Part shown: in pieces, positions 11,501 through 22,579 of the stretch
Position numbering within the stretch: the stretch's first letter is position 1
Layout of the letters: every line of letters starts with the position of its first letter
Notes under the pieces: generated by a model
Databases searched by the model: none
Seen by the model: the letters and a program-made list of their open reading frames with translations, nothing else
Told to the model about the DNA's origin: nothing
DNA from: Antedon mediterranea
Lineage: Eukaryota > Animalia > Echinodermata
NCBI RefSeq assembly: GCF_964355755.1
Contig: NC_092673.1
Coordinates: 27,773,648-27,837,647, forward strand
Direction of reading: 5' to 3'
DNA length: 64,000 nt
Program-made: the position numbers and the translations under genes

Positions 11501-11719
11501 ACTTTTTTGTCAAACTAGTTTGATAGTGTAGACAGAGCTTTAAATATAGCATAATGAAAGACATGTTTGAATATGTCTAATGAATTATATCACTATAAAT
11601 TCTTTTTTTTGCAAATGAATGTATTTTTCTGAATAACATGATTTAAAATTGGTATTTTTCAGGCCAAGGAAAAAGCAGCCCAGAAAGAAGAGGCTAAGAA
11701 AAAAGAGAGTGTCAAGTGA
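5507..11719 (+). CDS. UCHL5: Ubiquitin carboxyl-terminal hydrolase L5 (UCH37), 11 exons
   Basis: Exons 5507-5582, 7307-7370, 7717-7822, 7957-8082, 8331-8392, 8873-9000, 9399-9462, 9766-9880, 10090-10203, 10837-10935, 11663-11719, with compatible phases. Translation: [52 protein letters not shown] (catalytic Cys)..AFHFV..LYELDGL (His/Asp)..[33 protein letters not shown]. Compact, with no BAP1-type long insertion. Confidence 0.97.
5915..6863. mobile_element. Non-autonomous foldback/Mutator-like element with long TIRs in UCHL5 intron 1
   Basis: Arms ~5915-6167 and ~6532-6863 are reverse complements (gtcagtctaattaccgaaaacaaccg..gtcgccctctattgatgggtgtttctaaa). Subterminal 10-bp gttttcggtt repeats. 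Flanking direct repeat tgatatcc at 5907-5914 and 6864-6871. Confidence 0.85.
8609..8845. repeat. Minisatellite, ~41-44 bp unit, ~5.5 copies (UCHL5 intron 5)
   Basis: Repeated acctattgatatcctgacctc(ttc)ttgacctttacttccacccc. Confidence 0.9.
9024..9296 (+). ncRNA. Candidate structured intronic RNA (sno/scaRNA-like) in UCHL5 intron 6
   Basis: GC-richer island with nested stems 9072-9079/9114-9121, 9133-9139/9225-9231, 9154-9160/9186-9192 and 9245-9250/9255-9260; CTGA at 9287-9290. No family could be assigned by eye. Confidence 0.35.
9525..9696. mobile_element. Tc1/mariner (pogo/Tigger-like) MITE
   Basis: TIR cagtcaactctgccaataccgga / tccggtattaggagagttgactg with TA on both sides. A degenerate relative lies at ~60587-60725. 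Confidence 0.85.
9960..10056. mobile_element. Harbinger/Tourist-like MITE family A (internally deleted)
   Basis: TIR (a/g)gctctgtctacactatca / tgatagtgtagacagagct, TWA flanks. Confidence 0.85.
10560..10723 (+). mobile_element. 5'-truncated SINE with A tail and a local inversion hairpin
   Basis: ccagggtt..actccactc..gagacttagttt..ggatatgtatgaaataa is shared with 52777-52960. gagtgaagtagaaa / tttctactccactc form an inverted pair. Confidence 0.6.
11003..11185. mobile_element. Harbinger-like MITE family C
   Basis: TIR aggccatttacacagacgagcggtaa / ttaccgctcgtctgtaaattcgcct, TTA on both sides. Confidence 0.75.
11383..11539. mobile_element. Harbinger/Tourist-like MITE family A
   Basis: Full TIRs agctctgtctagactatcaaa / tttgatagtgtagacagagct; internal catatcactaccatatttggg repeats. 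Confidence 0.9.
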
Positions 11720-12564
11720 AGGCATCAAAGCATTCACTGACTGTATATTCAACGTTTTGATTTTCTGTAAAAGAACTAAATCAAATCTAACTTCAGAGTT
11801 TTAAGCGCTCGTCTTGAGCCCTAACTTGAATGCTACGTTTCATCGGCCTTGTTTATACCATCCGTTTCATCGGCTTAATGATACTTTTACGGAAGTTTAA
11901 GTCATGTTTTTTATTTCTTATCACTAGCTATCTTCTACTTGATAAACTTATTGCTACTCAAGCATCCAGGTCTCTTGATAGATTGTTATGTCTTAAGATA
12001 ACTTCATTGGCTTCATCTTTCAACTGCTGATATGAAAGTTTGTCTGCTTTCTTTCCAAATTCTTGCTGTGGTACTAAAAAACAAATTGTTTTAGTTGATA
12101 TGGTATTATGAATAAATATTTAAAATCTTAAATCTACATTTAATATTTTCTTTTTAGTAGAGAGCATAGGAGTGATTCCAATACCAGTTTATTTTAATAC
12201 ACACATATATTTTTTTTTCAAGTTTAATTCCAAATAAAATAATATCCTTATCATTGGATTGCATATATATAATATATTTTGCATGGCATCCTGATACAAC
12301 ACTGAATAATCACCTTTTGTACCTTGGATATGTGACTCCATTTTCAAGGTCACAGGAAGTGATCAAATTTTAGTCAAGTGCATCTATTGTATTCAAATTG
12401 GGCAAAACACGATTAGTATACCATTTTGGAGGTTCATAAATGTTATGGTTACATAAGTTAAGTTACATAATCAACTTGACCTTTTCCCCGCTTGCACTTC
12501 TGTACTACACTCTACCATCAACTGCATTTTACCTACTCTGTACTCCATGCAGCTCAAGGTTAGA

Positions 12565-12740
12565 CCTGCCTGGCCCTATCACCACCCTGCCTGGCCCTCC
12601 AACCACCCTGCCTGGCTCTTCCACCATCCTGCCTAGCCCGTCCACCATCCTGTCTGTCCCGTCCACCACCCTGCCTGACCCTCTCACCACCTTGCCTGGC
12701 TGGCTCACCACCCTGCCTATCCCTCCAAGCACCCTGCTTC
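12565..12740. repeat. GC-rich minisatellite, 21-bp unit, ~8 copies
   Basis: Repeated accaccctgcctggccctcc(a)-like unit; accounts for the low-complexity ORFs on both strands. Confidence 0.85.
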
Positions 12741-13235
12741 ATACTACCCCCATGCATTCTTCCGCTCACCTTCCTTCACACACACCATTTGACCTTCCTC
12801 TCCCACTCACCCTCCCTCTGTCCAACTTCTCTCTACACTTATGCCTCAACTTACACTCAATAACAAGCAAAAGTCACTATAGTAGCGAACTTTTACAAGG
12901 CAATCGTAAAATGCAGTATTCGTCAAAAAACCTAAAAAGTAGCCACTTTTATTTGGAGTACAAGGATGTAATGTACATAGTGGGGACATCCATTTTCAAA
13001 GCCTTCCATTCCACTCATAAAACTAGCCTAAAATCTAATTTTAAGGCCTTTCATCCTGCCTAATTTCAATAAAACACCCAGCCAGGAACCCTTTGAAAAC
13101 CTGTATGTACCGTTGATTGTTCCCAGCCACCCTTAACATTCTGGGAATAATTTTAGAAAATTCCAGAAATCATTTTAAACCAAAAAAAATTACATAACAG
13201 AAACTGTTATAGGATGTTTGTTTTGGCTTGAACTT

Positions 13236-13357
13236 CCTTATCGATGGAGCTGTCTTCTGATTGGATAAAGTTATCGATAAGTATATGGTGTTATATCTTA
13301 GAAGCTCAGTGCCAGCAGCTTTATTGGTGTGACTGATTGTTAAGATTCTGCTGCATG
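13236..13357 (+). promoter_or_regulatory. Putative promoter and non-coding first exon of the SOUL gene (GATA-motif cluster, Inr-like TCAGT)
   Basis: cttatc, gataaa, ttatc and gataag within 13237-13281; tcagt at 13306-13310; strong donor ATG|gtaagt at 13357/13358 and acceptor tacag ending at 13535. Confidence 0.45.
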
Positions 13358-13544
13358 GTAAGTCATTCTTTTATTTCCTAGTAAAACAATCTTTTTATTG
13401 CAATTTTATGTTGCTAAATGTCATGAGCAATTCTGAAGTCACTCACTCAGACGTCATCTGTCAGACTAAATGATAAATAGAAATTCTCTTTTTTAAACTC
13501 GTTTTCCTTGCTTCAATTATTTTTAATTTTTACAGATTTAAAAG

Positions 13545-16500
13545 ATGAGGTTTATTCTTATCTTGTCGCTTCTCATCGGGGCCCAGGCCATCAGCTGGTC
13601 AACATTTAAGAAAAAGGCTGCAAAAGTCCTAGAGTAAGAAAGAGTTATACTTTTTGTGATCAAATATAATATTTTAATTGTCCATTATTATGATGAAAAC
13701 ATTTTTAAGTTGTGCTGAAGAAAATGCTGTTGATTGTTGAAAGCCCTATTTATATATAACAACAGGCAAAGAACATTAATTCTAAACCGCCCGGTTTAAT
13801 ATATATGTGAGTTAAATAATATTAAATTTAACAATCTATCGTATGCAGATGACATGGTGCTTATATCACCTTCTGCATCAGGTTTGCAACATTTAATAAA
13901 AATTTCTGAATGCTTTTTGCGGCCAAAAATGATATTGTTTACAATGCTAAGAAATCATCTTGTATGATAATCTGTCCTAAGTCACGGAGGATTCAATTGA
14001 AACCTATTATTACCATTAATGGCAAAAGCTTAGAATATCTTGGTCATGTTATCTCCTTGGATTTATGTGATGAGTTTGATATAAAGCGGCAATACAGATC
14101 TTTGTGTATCCGAGCCAACTCCTTGGTCAGAAAATTTAGTATGTGTTCTATCAATGTGAAATAAAAAATGTGTTTTATTTAGAACATATTGTGTAAATAT
14201 GTATTGTGCTACATTATGGTGCAACTATAATCAAGGTACCTTGCGATCTCTCCAGGTATGCTTCAATAATGGTTTAAGAATGTTGTTGCAAGGGCCTCGA
14301 CAGTGCAGTGCCAGCCTCATTTACGGAATGTAGAATTCCTTCTTTTTATGAATTAAGAAAATCAATATATGGCCTGATGTGTAGACTTAATGCAAGCAAA
14401 AATATTTTAATTTCAACGATTATAAGCAACGTCTTACTTAAGTCGAAGATGCTCTCCAGGTGGAATGTCATCCTGAGATGAGTAGTTGTAATTAGTCTTT
14501 TTTATTTTATTTCATTTATATGTAATTTTTTACTTTCTATGGAGTTTCCGAAATAAAAGATTGAAAGAATGAATATACACGACAACATTATCATTAAGAA
14601 ACATCAGACTTAAATGAATGTATTAAGATAGTGAGTTTTAGTAACAAGTACATTTTTATTCATAGTGAAGTTATTGACAGAGCTGAAGTTATCTTGCAAG
14701 ATGAGGACATCACTGAAGAAGAGGACATCTCAATGCCGAGGACAACACCGCTCCCATTTGACATGACGCTGGAAGATGAAGCAGAAAAATGGAATGAGCT
14801 CGGACAAGGCATCCTTCAATGTCAAAAGATGGAGTCGTTAGAAACACGATTCAGACGTGAAACCGGAGGATCTGGCTTATCTGAAATGATACTTGGACTT
14901 GTAGAGTGGATTAGTGATATGAGCGCTGATATAGAGAACTATGAACCAATGAGTTTTGAGAAATCCATTGACAAATCTGAAAGGTCTTTTGCCAGAAGTT
15001 CATCAAACTTTGACCTTGATATGTTTGACCTTGACGAGGTCGTTGCTGCTCCATCTCGGGACAGGTCAGTAATATAGTCGAAACATACCATCACTATACT
15101 GTATATGACCAAGTGTTGTCGCGTGGAGCCTGTCAACAAATTGGACAAATATTATCAAGTGTGAATATACCAAAATCTTGTCAAGTAATTTAGCATAATT
15201 TAAGGGGTGGGATTATACTCTAACATGGGATTATACTCTAACATGGGATTATACTCTAACATGGGATTATACTCTAACATGGGATTATACTCTAACATGG
15301 GATTATACTCTAACATGGGATTATACTTATATACTATACATTCTTATGTCTATATAGGTCTGAGGAAAAGACGAAGCCTACCGACAAATATGAATCACCA
15401 GACTACAGTGTCATGTGCAGTACTGAAGATTATGAGGTTCGAAGGTACAACGCAAGCGTCTGGATGTCTACAAGTGTGATTGACTTCAGCCGCCAGACTG
15501 CAGGAAGTAGGGCCTTTAGAAGGCTGTACCAGTATATCACTGGAGCAAATCGTGAAGGTAACCCCATTGTCATTGAGAGTCTGAGTCAGCTCTGATCTGC
15601 TTGATGATAAATGTTTCTTGAATTGATGAATTGAGTGTGGTTATGATCAATGTTGTTGCAAAGGTGTACATTTGATAATAAACATTAGAAACTTTATACC
15701 CGGAGTTACCCTTTTACAAATGTCCCTTATTGTTACCTTATTATGATACTTACATTTTCTGTTATTTATAGGTGTTCAAATTCCGATGACAATTCCTGTA
15801 ATAACTCGTACTGAGGCCACATGTTCTCCTTTTAAACTCTTCAAGAACTACACATACTCATTCTACCTACCAGTAGAATTCTGGGATAATACACCAACAC
15901 CTACAAATGAAAAGGTATGACACCCAACCTCTCACAACTATACAACCCTTACAATTTCCCAAAATGACAGACTTGCCCAAAATTAGAGACCTTCAAAAAT
16001 GTCAGACTTGCCCAAAATTTTAGGCATGCAAACATTTCAGACATGTCCAAACTGTCAGACTTTCCAAAAATGGCCGACTTGCCAAAAATGTCAGACTTGC
16101 CAAAAATGGCTGACTTGCCCATAATTTAAAATTAGCCACAAATTTCAAAATAGCCCAGTAACCTTTAACATATCATTGGATCAACTTTCATAACAAAAAC
16201 ATTTTTGTTTAGGTATTCATGGAACGTTTTCCAGCAACAACGTTTTATGTGTCAACATTTTGCGGCTATATGAACAGTTTCAAAGTAGCGTACCAGTTGT
16301 ACAAGTTGAAAAATGCGTTAGATGCTTCAAACAAATCATATGTTGATAATTTTTACCTTACCGCTGGCTATAATAAGTAAGTAGGATAAGATAGGATAAA
16401 TTTAAGTAAATATAGTATATATAATGATCCTAATTTTAATCATTAAGCCTTAATTAGGCCCTCTGTGGATTCAACGGTAATCACAGTACAGTGCCTACCA

Positions 16501-19500
16501 TAATCAGCACACTGGGAGACAGTGGAACCGTAGCCATAACATTGGCAAGAGTTCAAAGCTCCATAGTTCTGATGGAAGAACAAGTCTTCTCAGATAGGTC
16601 CAGCGTACACATCTAGCTCATGTGCACTTTTAAGAACCTTGTACATCTTTGGAGACGAGTAGGGGGTTACCCTGGTGTACATCACAGCCACAGGGCCCTC
16701 TGGGAGACCAGTCTTTAAATATATAATAAATAATTAATAATAATACAAATTTAAATTTACATAGATGAGACCAATTTAACATCTGAAGAACAAGAAAGAA
16801 ACAAAAAAAAACACTATGTAAATTAAGGTACTACATTTAATCATTTTTTGTGTTTCAATTTTCAGACCAACACAGTTTTTTGACCGAACAAACGAAATCT
16901 GGATCCCTTTTGACGGTGCTAGAGATAACCCGTGTCTGGATTTGAAGCCTACTATTGCAAATCCTCATGTGGAAGAATGTGAAGGTGCTTTATAATTACA
17001 TAGTCTGCTTTATCATAACAACCACTTTAAACTGAAGGCTTAAAAGTGGTTCCCACTAGAACGCAACGTAGCGCAGTGACGTATCGACGCAAAGTGCTGT
17101 AGACATTGCTACGGGAAATCAAATTAGTTTGATTTCACGCAACGACGCAAAAACACTGAAAAACATAGTACAGCCATAGTACATAGCCAAATACGCGAGG
17201 TGAACCGTGTCTATGGCAACTAACATTGATGCGCAACAAGCAAGTTTGATTTCACGCAGACTGGGGAAAACAAAATTTCTTACGTTGCGTAGGTTGCGTT
17301 GCGTTTTAGTGGGAAACATGCTTTAATCATCTGATCACAATTAGGATTACTGGTTTATAATTCCAACACAATTCGATTGATTCTATTCGGTCCCCGCACG
17401 GGTCTGGTTCTTATTTAGATATGTATTCATATTCATTCGGTTCCTCCCATGATAGTTATTAATATAAAATATATAAATTTATATATTTTGAAACTACTTT
17501 TCAGGTTTAAACTGTCCAAAGTATCAATTATTGGAAACACTTGATGAGGGTGTTGAACTACGTCGTTATAGCAACCTGAATACAGTTATCAAGAAAGCCT
17601 ACAGCTGTGATTTTGAAACTGCAAGGTCAGATTCCTATGACCCTGTTTCCTGGTATTTCAGAGGTAAGTAGAGGGCATGTGACGCAGTGTGTTGGCATTG
17701 GACTACTGATCATGAGATCGTGGGTTTGAATCCATTTTTCTAAAATTTATTTCTATTTTTTAATGTATATTTTTTCTATTTATTATTTTCTCTATTTATT
17801 ATTTTGATTACTCTTTGTCTTTACTTTATTATGTTTTTGATATGATATGATATTTCCAATTACTTTACCACTTTGAAAATTAGTGCACTAGTACTGAAAG
17901 TGCCTGCAGAATAAAGAATAAATAAACATGTACAGTGCTTGAGGTTTCACAACATGAGGCTCTTTATAAATCCAGGATATTATTAAAAGGGTGAAATGAA
18001 GGGTGAGTTTATTTTGATGTCCTATCTTTTGCATTACAATTTGCAAAATTTAGTGGGGTGGGTGTCGGGCCAGCTGAATCCACCCATGTTTAGTAATATA
18101 ATAGAACTAACATATAGCACCATTCTATGTAAAGCTATTCTTGTAGTTTAATTTCTTGTATTGCAGGCTTCAATTCCAAACAGCAAAACATTAAACCAGT
18201 TGGGCCTGTGTTGTTCACCATTGATCGTCCTCAAGAACTGCCTGAGAACTGTGATGCTGTTTACCAAACGGCATTTATTGCTCCTAGCAACTTGAAGGGA
18301 AATTTGCCAGAATCATTCAATGTAAAAACAATTTTATAAATTTATTTAGAGGTTTTTCTTGTGGTTTTAAGCTCTGTCTACACTATCAAACTAGTTTGAC
18401 AAAAAAGTGTGATGTACCCATACATGGATGATGTCATATTACTACTATATTTAAGCATATCACTACCATATTTAAGATAAAAATACATCAATTGTTTTAC
18501 TTCCAGAACTCTGTTAACAGAGAATTTATTGATTCCTTGGATGTTTATGTTTACCAATTCAAAGGATCCATGACCAATACAAGTGTTGTTAATTATGAAA
18601 GATTGCGTGCCATACTCGGTTCCAGATGCTATGAAGAAAATTCATTTATTCTAGCAGGTAAGCCTTGCCAAACGAGTTTTTTTCTTGGTATCTTAAAATG
18701 CAATTTAGCAACGGGCCACACACAAGTGATCCCTAGGCCTACGACCCCCAATTGCCCACCATGTGACCCACAACCATCCAATCAAATGACAGGAATTGAT
18801 TTAGGTGTTACATAATATACATAGTAAGCCTGTATAATCATATTCTATTGTTCTTCTCATTTAGAATACAGCTTGAATAGGACCATTGAAGTCTGGATAG
18901 AAGCAGCTTCTGGTTGTCAAGTTAGAACTGAAGCTCCTCCAGCAATGGCAACCAGCAGGAATCAACCACCATCTTTCACCATTCCACCAGTGGTTCTCAA
19001 CATTCAACCACAAATTATGTAAATAAACAGTGTGTTATTTTTGTCCATTTTTGCAGACAGATTACAGCTTTTGGAGCTTGTGGTTGTTATGAAAGTGACA
19101 AATCCTGGCCACTGAAAGGATTGAAACCAAGAACTATAGTTTTGGTACTTACGAGATTGGCCCCTGTAGGTTTAGCCACCATGGGATTAAGTCTTGGGAT
19201 TGGGTCCTCATGAGATTGGGTCCCCTATAGAATAGATAGATAGATAGTTCTTCCTGAAGGGACTTTTTCACCATAAACAAACTATACTAGTGTGTTAACT
19301 AATATCAGTATAGCCATAATAATGTGTTGTTTTGTAAACTATAGTAATCAATAATATAATAATGTCTACAGTCTACATCCAATAAATCCCAAAACATAAT
19401 CCACATGTATTTTAAGAGGCACTATATGTCAACAAATAATCATTAGTCCTCTCTCCATGATGGTTGTCACATAATGCTTTGTATTATTTTTTATTAGGTT

Positions 19501-22500
19501 ATATGCATGATATGCATATAACCTCTTGATTCTGTCAGAATCTTTATTTATTTCTTTATTTATTCTTTCCTTAGCACTATTTTGTCCGTGAATTATCTTG
19601 ATATCAGTTTCATCTATCTAAGTCAATTTTTCAGAGTATATTCCTTATGGCCAGGAATCGATGTGGTTATGTTTTCAGGGTGCGCAATCAAACATTACGC
19701 GGTCTACGCGCGATTTAACGAAATCACGTTTGTAATCATATCTTCACAAGCATGAATCACTTTTAAACAAAATTTGGTACTCATAAATTTCAGGTCATAT
19801 TTCATCATATGGCAATACAATTACGTGCGTAGCGCATATAACGCATGCGTACGCGCGCTTAGAATGTTGAAAATTGTCAGAATTTATTTTCGATGAAATT
19901 AGAATACGTTTCAGGCAATTTTAAGCGTTTAAAAAATTGCCATGAGTGCGCAGATTTTTGCACGTGCACTGCGCGTCAAACGTTAATGCGCACTGTTTTT
20001 GTCCGATTACTGTTGTATAACCTTTCTTTAATAATATCATCATATTTTATTCACTTTTCAATGCGAAACAGCGTTATACGAGCACGTCAAAAGTGACAGG
20101 CTACGCACGTGTAAGTTAACAAAATGGTGAAAATATGCTAAATTTTAAAATTAATATATATCGTTAGAATGCTCGGGAACACCTATTTTTTATTTAATTT
20201 TCTTGAAGTGTATGTATCATATGTATGATTTCTTATCAAATAAAGAGAACAAAAGTTGATTAAGTCATCATTAATTGCATATTAAATTAAAAAAAAATAA
20301 TTTCGACAATCAAACAAATTATGACATTCTCTTAGGCCAAAATAACAAACTTAACATTAACTTTCTTCCTTCAAAAATTCATATATTAAAGTTAAAAGTA
20401 TGTAGTTTGACAGTCCATCATTTGTATACATTTTAAAGATGTCATCATAGTAAAAAATTATAATTCATTTCGGTATGTAATAATCTATTTGCATCAAACT
20501 GGTTACTGCATAGTAAATACACGGAGGAATTTTTCTACAACTTTTAGTCAGTTGTGTACGGCTCGGTGGTCTGTGCTCGTGTCTATGGCATTCAAGGTAC
20601 CGAGATCGAGTCTCACCTTGGGAAACGAAATACGAATTTTTTTTTTTTATTATCCGTATTGTTTGTTCAAATTTATTTCTTAGTGTATAGATTATACACA
20701 TGATTTATAATGAAATCTAGATAAAAATTAACTTATGTCTTTATTTTATTATGTAACAACAAATGTGGTTTATGACATTATACGCATATGGATCTTTGAT
20801 CGGATTGTGATACCGGCTATGGTGTTCGCGTTAGCAAGGTCCTATCATATATTATAAATAATTAAAGATTCTGAGAAAATCAATCAATCAATATATCTTT
20901 TAAAAATCAATTATCTTTATTTAAATCAAGGCATATAACCTATAATTCGTCATAGTGACGAATTAAATCTAGTTGTATTTATATGTTTCATATGGACAGT
21001 TTGTCTGAAATAAAGTTGAATTGATTGATTGATTGATTATACCCCCCAGTGGCGTAACATAATGGGCAAAGGCCCCTGGTTTAGCTGTCCTAAGGGGCCC
21101 TTCAACGCTTGGTATTTGCATTGGACTGCTCATGCTGTGGGGCCCTTCAAGCTCTGGGGTCCTGGGTTTAGCCACCAGTGAGCACTCATAGCCGTTACAC
21201 TAATGTATACCCTCTCCTTTCTTATCTACAGTACTGGTCAAAACAGAATGCAGACAGCTCTCCCATCATGCACTGCTGGTATAGACTGTCCCAGTTACCA
21301 ACTTGTGACAAAGCATGGAAATGTAGAAGAACGCACCTATGAACCTTGTAGGTATCAATTGAGTTTGAAACGCTTAGTGAGATATTTGATACTTGAATGA
21401 ATCAGAGCAAATTAACATTTGCAACTATACCACATTGTAGCCCATTCTTGGTACTGTGTTTATAATTTCCCTGTATCATAGCAAATTATGTAATACACAT
21501 ACAATCATATGTATCACATCATGTGATGTCTGTATCATAGGCCATAAGCCTCAACTAACCCTAACCTTAATATATAATGCATATACCACATGTGATACAT
21601 TATGATACAGGCATCAGATGTGATACATATGTGACACTGTATTACAGAAGTTTCCTATGATACTGAACAGATAATGCCATATGTGGAGATACAGTACAGA
21701 GAATCAAGTGCACATAATAATAATATAGAATGACTTTACGATATCATTGAAGCAGAACAAGCCCTCTTTATAAACAGTTGTTTGTTTGTTGTTTATCTTA
21801 GCTAAGTGGGTTTGTAGCTATTCAAAAGCATGTAATATAGACATGGCTAGCAATGACAACTATCAGCGTCTCTCTCTCTACATGGCCGGTACAGGCAACA
21901 GAGAAGGCACAGTTATTTCTATGACGTCTCCCTCTATTCTGAAGGTAAGGAACGAATGCAGTGTCTTTAGTAACAGCAATAACGGTTGCATTTTCCAGTA
22001 TTGAATTGACTATAGCAAATAATTATTCTAGTATATGTCAATGTTAATTATTTTTTTTTTTTGTAGATGAGTGTTGCTGATCTTGACAAAATATCTTGCA
22101 AAAAGAATTATGAGATGTGTCTGTACCTTCCTGATGACATCACACCTCCAAGCCCAAAAGAAACAAATGTAAGTTATTCTTATTTAAGTAATGCATGTAA
22201 GATATTCTATACTGTATTTAGGAAATCAAAAACTTGTTAAATTACTTCTATAATGGCCATATAAATACTCAAGACTGTTATAACAAATTAGATTTTTAAA
22301 AATGTTTTCCTATTGACCTTTGAAAATAAATTGTTCTTCAATCATAACTTACATTATATTTTCCAGGTGTACTTGAAGAAAGACCAAGGCCGTGTTGTGT
22401 ACACGTATCCACTTGAGAAGTCTATCGTAGGCAAGAGATTCAGGAAAATGGCCAAAAATGCCATTCTTGAAGTCGACAGACTAGGCCTAGAAACAAAAGA

Positions 22501-22579
22501 CTACTTGTATCTGTCGCAGTATAGACAGACTGGAGGCGGCAAATATATGGAGATATGGCTGCCTAAAATCACTCAATGA
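13545..22579 (+). CDS. Secreted protein with an acidic N-terminal region and three tandem SOUL (HEBP2-like) domains, ~768 aa
   Basis: Exons 13545-13633, 14666-15064, 15358-15557, 15772-15914, 16213-16376, 16866-16984, 17505-17663, 18167-18321, 18507-18657, 18865-19018, 21232-21347, 21802-21944, 22067-22168, 22367-22579 (2307 nt, open frame). Signal peptide MRFILILSLLIGAQA. Domain 1: ESPDYSV..YEVRRY..FRRLYQYITGAN..IPMTIPV..SFYLP..AGYN..NEIWI. Domain 2: CPKYQL..VELRRY..YFRGFN..IEVWI. Domain 3: CPSYQL..VEERTY..YQRLSLYMAG..ISMTSP..LYLP..MEIWL. Confidence 0.88.
13830..14575 (+). mobile_element. 5'-truncated non-LTR retrotransposon (LINE; RTE-X/CR1-group-like) RT C-terminal remnant
   Basis: YADDMVLISPSASGLQHLI starting at 13842, then after a frameshift NDIVYNAKKSSCM..EYLGHVIS..DEFDIKRQYRSL..RANSLVRKFSMCS. 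Multiple stops; aataaa plus gaat-type tail near 14551-14575. Confidence 0.85.
15208..15328. repeat. Perfect 18-bp tandem repeat, ~6.7 copies
   Basis: (tgggattatactctaaca)n; source of the spurious MGLYSN-repeat ORF. Confidence 0.95.
15955..16160. repeat. Degenerate ~20-bp tandem repeat
   Basis: aaaatgtcagacttgcc(c)aa-like units. Confidence 0.75.
16515..16718 (+). mobile_element. tRNA-derived SINE with Deu/Nin-type core (partial)
   Basis: Collinear with 45803-46065 (gtagccataacat..gctcatgtgcactt..agtagggg..accctggtgtac..ctgggagaccagtctttaa). Confidence 0.7.
17044..17323. mobile_element. MITE family B (Harbinger-like)
   Basis: TIR aagtggttcccactagaacgcaacg / cgttgcgttttagtgggaaacatgct; internal duplicated agtttgatttcacgca. 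Confidence 0.7.
18370..18475. mobile_element. MITE family A, one-ended fragment
   Basis: agctctgtctacactatcaaactagtttgacaaaaa plus internal motifs. Confidence 0.8.
19491..20972 (+). mobile_element. Non-autonomous Helentron/Helitron-type element (HINE/DINE-1-like architecture)
   Basis: 5' subTIR taggttatatgc (19495-19506) with a nearby inverted copy (19514-19524), tttattc microsatellite, 3' subTIR gcatataaccta (20931-20942), 10-bp stem-loop 20943-20965, CTAG at 20969-20972, T-rich flanks. Confidence 0.75.
21047..21202. mobile_element. Degenerate hAT-like MITE
   Basis: cagtggcgtaac ... gttacacta termini with internal gggccc motifs. Confidence 0.4.
21455..21700. repeat. Dispersed repeat with internal inverted symmetry; relatives at ~40010-40145 and ~52255-52380
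   Basis: tatgtgacactgtattacagaa..atgatactg..agatacagtac is shared with 40086-40143. Confidence 0.55.

Noticed and set aside
12440-13063. 207-aa Pro/Thr-rich ORF and antisense ORFs 12529-12769
   Set aside because: Explained by a 21-bp GC-rich minisatellite; no domain and no compatible splice partner.
15207-15479. MGLYSN-repeat ORF
   Set aside because: Intronic 18-bp tandem repeat running into a SOUL exon in the wrong frame.
21555-21572. Telomeric repeat or telomerase template (ctaaccctaacc)
   Set aside because: Only two units, inside a dispersed repeat.
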